DNA from: a virus
Lineage: Monodnaviria > Loebvirae > Hofneiviricota > Faserviricetes > Tubulavirales > Inoviridae
IMG/VR virus record: IMGVR_UViG_2541047910_000001
Direction: 5' to 3' (one strand)
DNA length: 8,624 bases
This document shows, piece after piece, positions 7,468 through 8,624 of this stretch. Below the pieces are notes generated by a model. It ran no database searches and was not told the origin of the DNA. It was given only the letters and a program-made list of their open reading frames with translations. Numbering within the stretch: position 1 is the first letter of the stretch; every line of letters begins with the position of its first letter. The translations under genes were made by a program, and so were the position numbers.

Positions 7468-8262
7468 ATGAAGCCAGAAAAAGCTATCGAGATATTAAAA
7501 AGACAACGGGAGCAAATCCCAGCAATACAAAATGAACGAAGGAGTACAGGAAATAACCCAAGTTTTAACTTATGGCAAAGAAACACTAAGACCGCCATAT
7601 CAAAAATATTTGGTGAAGAGTCAGATCACAAAAAAGAATTTGGCTCAATTCGATACTCTTTAATGGCATTTGTTGGTGATACACCAGATTATGTTTTCGA
7701 TAACGCATTTTGTAGTGGTTTAGATGAAGCACATTCTCTTCTTACGTCTATGATTGCTGAGATTGAAGAATATGGAATTGACGGAAATTTCATAGAGACA
7801 AAAAATGATCCCGTAGCTCTTGTTGAACTAATTTGCCATCAATTTCATAAGGTTGCAAGACAGCTACAGCAACGACACGATAATAGACAAACCATTGAAA
7901 TAAATGACGAATATGACGTTCAGGATTTATTTCATGCTCTTTTGAAGATTCATTTCGAGGATGTCAGACCAGAAGAATATACGCCAAGCTATGCAGGATC
8001 TTCAACACGAGTTGACTTCTTGTTAAAGAATGAAAAAATCATTATCGAGTTAAAGAAAACGAGAAAAAATCTCAAGCAAAAAGAAGTTGGTGAGCAATTA
8101 ATTGTTGATATAGCTCATTATCAAACGCATCCTGATTGCGAAACTTTAGTGTGTTTTGTATATGACCCTGAAGGTAGAATTGCCAATCCAATTGGTGTGG
8201 AGAATGACCTTGAGCGTTGTACAAATTCAATTTCGGTAAAAGTAATAATCTCACCAAAATAA
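7468..8262 (+). CDS. Hypothetical protein with C-terminal PD-(D/E)xK nuclease-fold motif; candidate defence or toxin nuclease
   Basis: Good SD (gaggaaag) upstream; helical N-terminal region, then motif block EYDVQDLFHALL ... STRVDFLLKNEKIIIELKK (D183 at 8014-8016, E194 at 8047-8049, K196 at 8053-8055) ... QLIVDIAHY, the classic restriction-endonuclease-like D-x(n)-E-x-K arrangement; gene is markedly AT-rich. Confidence 0.6.
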   Translation: MKPEKAIEILKRQREQIPAIQNERRSTGNNPSFNLWQRNTKTAISKIFGEESDHKKEFGSIRYSLMAFVGDTPDYVFDNAFCSGLDEAHSLLTSMIAEIEEYGIDGNFIETKNDPVALVELICHQFHKVARQLQQRHDNRQTIEINDEYDVQDLFHALLKIHFEDVRPEEYTPSYAGSSTRVDFLLKNEKIIIELKKTRKNLKQKEVGEQLIVDIAHYQTHPDCETLVCFVYDPEGRIANPIGVENDLERCTNSISVKVIISPK

Positions 8263-8272
8263 AAGGACATAT

Positions 8273-8539
8273 ATGGCTACTGTAGATGATGTTGCACAAT
8301 GGATGAAATCAGAGCTGGAAAACACAAACTGGCTATATCAAGAAACTGTTGTATATAAAATAAAAGAGTTATTTGGCGATACTTTCGTATATTTGAATGC
8401 TAATGGAAATTTATCCATTGATAAAAAAGTATTAGCGAAGTTTAGAAAGCTAACTAATGACACGGTTATATGGGAGAGAGGTGAAAAAGCATGGCGAAAA
8501 AGACAAGGTTATGATGCCCCTGGTCGACAGCAGGACTAA
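8273..8539 (+). CDS. Small hypothetical protein co-transcribed with the nuclease-fold protein; possible partner, immunity or antitoxin component
   Basis: 88-aa ORF starting 10 nt after the upstream stop, with AAGGA 5 nt before the ATG; basic C-terminus (KAWRKRQGYDAPGRQQD); same AT-rich composition; followed by the terminator. Confidence 0.55.
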   Translation: MATVDDVAQWMKSELENTNWLYQETVVYKIKELFGDTFVYLNANGNLSIDKKVLAKFRKLTNDTVIWERGEKAWRKRQGYDAPGRQQD

Positions 8540-8545
8540 ATAATT

Positions 8546-8572
8546 GGTTCGCACAATGACGTTATGCTAAAG
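8546..8572 (+). other. Degenerate dif-like sequence (XerC-arm-like, 5-nt spacer, XerD-arm-like)
   Basis: ggttcgcacaa matches GGTGCGCATAA at 9/11 and ttatgctaaag matches TTATGTTAAAT at 9/11, but the spacer tgacg is 5 nt rather than the canonical 6. Confidence 0.3.
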
Positions 8573-8573
8573 A

Positions 8574-8609
8574 GGCCGCTGCGGGATTCGATTTTCGCAG
8601 CGGCCTTTT
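8574..8609 (+). terminator. Rho-independent terminator of the plus-strand accessory operon, embedded in a longer imperfect inverted repeat
   Basis: Perfect 10-bp GC-rich stem ggccgctgcg/cgcagcggcc (8574-8583 and 8596-8605), 12-nt loop, then TTTT (8606-8609). The repeat extends to 22 nt per arm (8562-8583 vs 8596-8617, 19/22 matching). Confidence 0.65.
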
Positions 8610-8624
8610 CAACATAACGAGTCG

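Larger units (their letters stand above)
1..8624. mobile_element. Integrative filamentous prophage (Inoviridae-like, CTXphi/CUS-1/Ypf-type organisation), apparently lacking its own integrase
   Basis: Complete inovirus gene order on the minus strand (rep, ssb, small membrane protein, major coat, pIII, pVI, Zot-like pI, pIV-like) with divergent HTH regulator; dif half-site at left edge and dif-like inverted repeats at right edge; no integrase ORF. Confidence 0.8.

Noticed and set aside
8072-8299. 75-aa minus-strand ORF
   Set aside because: Antisense across the 3' end of the nuclease gene and the start of the small-protein gene; AT-rich region readily yields spurious ORFs.
8607-8624. Possibility that window end and start join into one circular attP site
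   Set aside because: Joining 8624 to 1 would give an 11-nt central region between the XerD-like and XerC arms, too long for a single XerCD core site; the ends are more likely two separate prophage junctions, or the forked-hairpin model applies.
1-8624. CRISPR arrays, tRNA/rRNA genes, integrase or transposase genes
   Set aside because: No regularly spaced direct repeats, no tRNA-like or rRNA-like sequence and no recombinase-like ORF were seen; integration is attributed to host XerCD.

Overview
The window reads as an almost complete integrative filamentous (Inoviridae-type) prophage of about 8.6 kb. Positions 1-15 are the reverse complement of the XerC arm and part of the central region of the E. 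coli dif site, so the left edge looks like a XerCD-dependent attachment junction; no integrase is encoded. A tightly packed minus-strand operon (6260 down to 181) carries, in canonical inovirus order: rolling-circle replication initiator, ssDNA-binding protein, small membrane protein, major coat protein, pIII-like adsorption protein, pVI-like protein, Zot-family pI assembly ATPase, and a pIV-like secretin that appears C-terminally truncated. Divergently on the plus strand are an XRE-family HTH regulator with its own terminator, then a three-gene accessory cluster: a 4-TM membrane protein, a 264-aa protein with a clear PD-(D/E)xK nuclease motif, and a translationally coupled 88-aa protein. The cluster ends in a strong hairpin terminator whose arms carry dif XerD-arm-like inverted repeats. 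The AT-rich nuclease plus small-protein pair is the most interesting candidate for an undescribed phage-carried defence, exclusion or toxin-antitoxin module. All functional calls rest on motifs and gene order read by eye; no database search was run.
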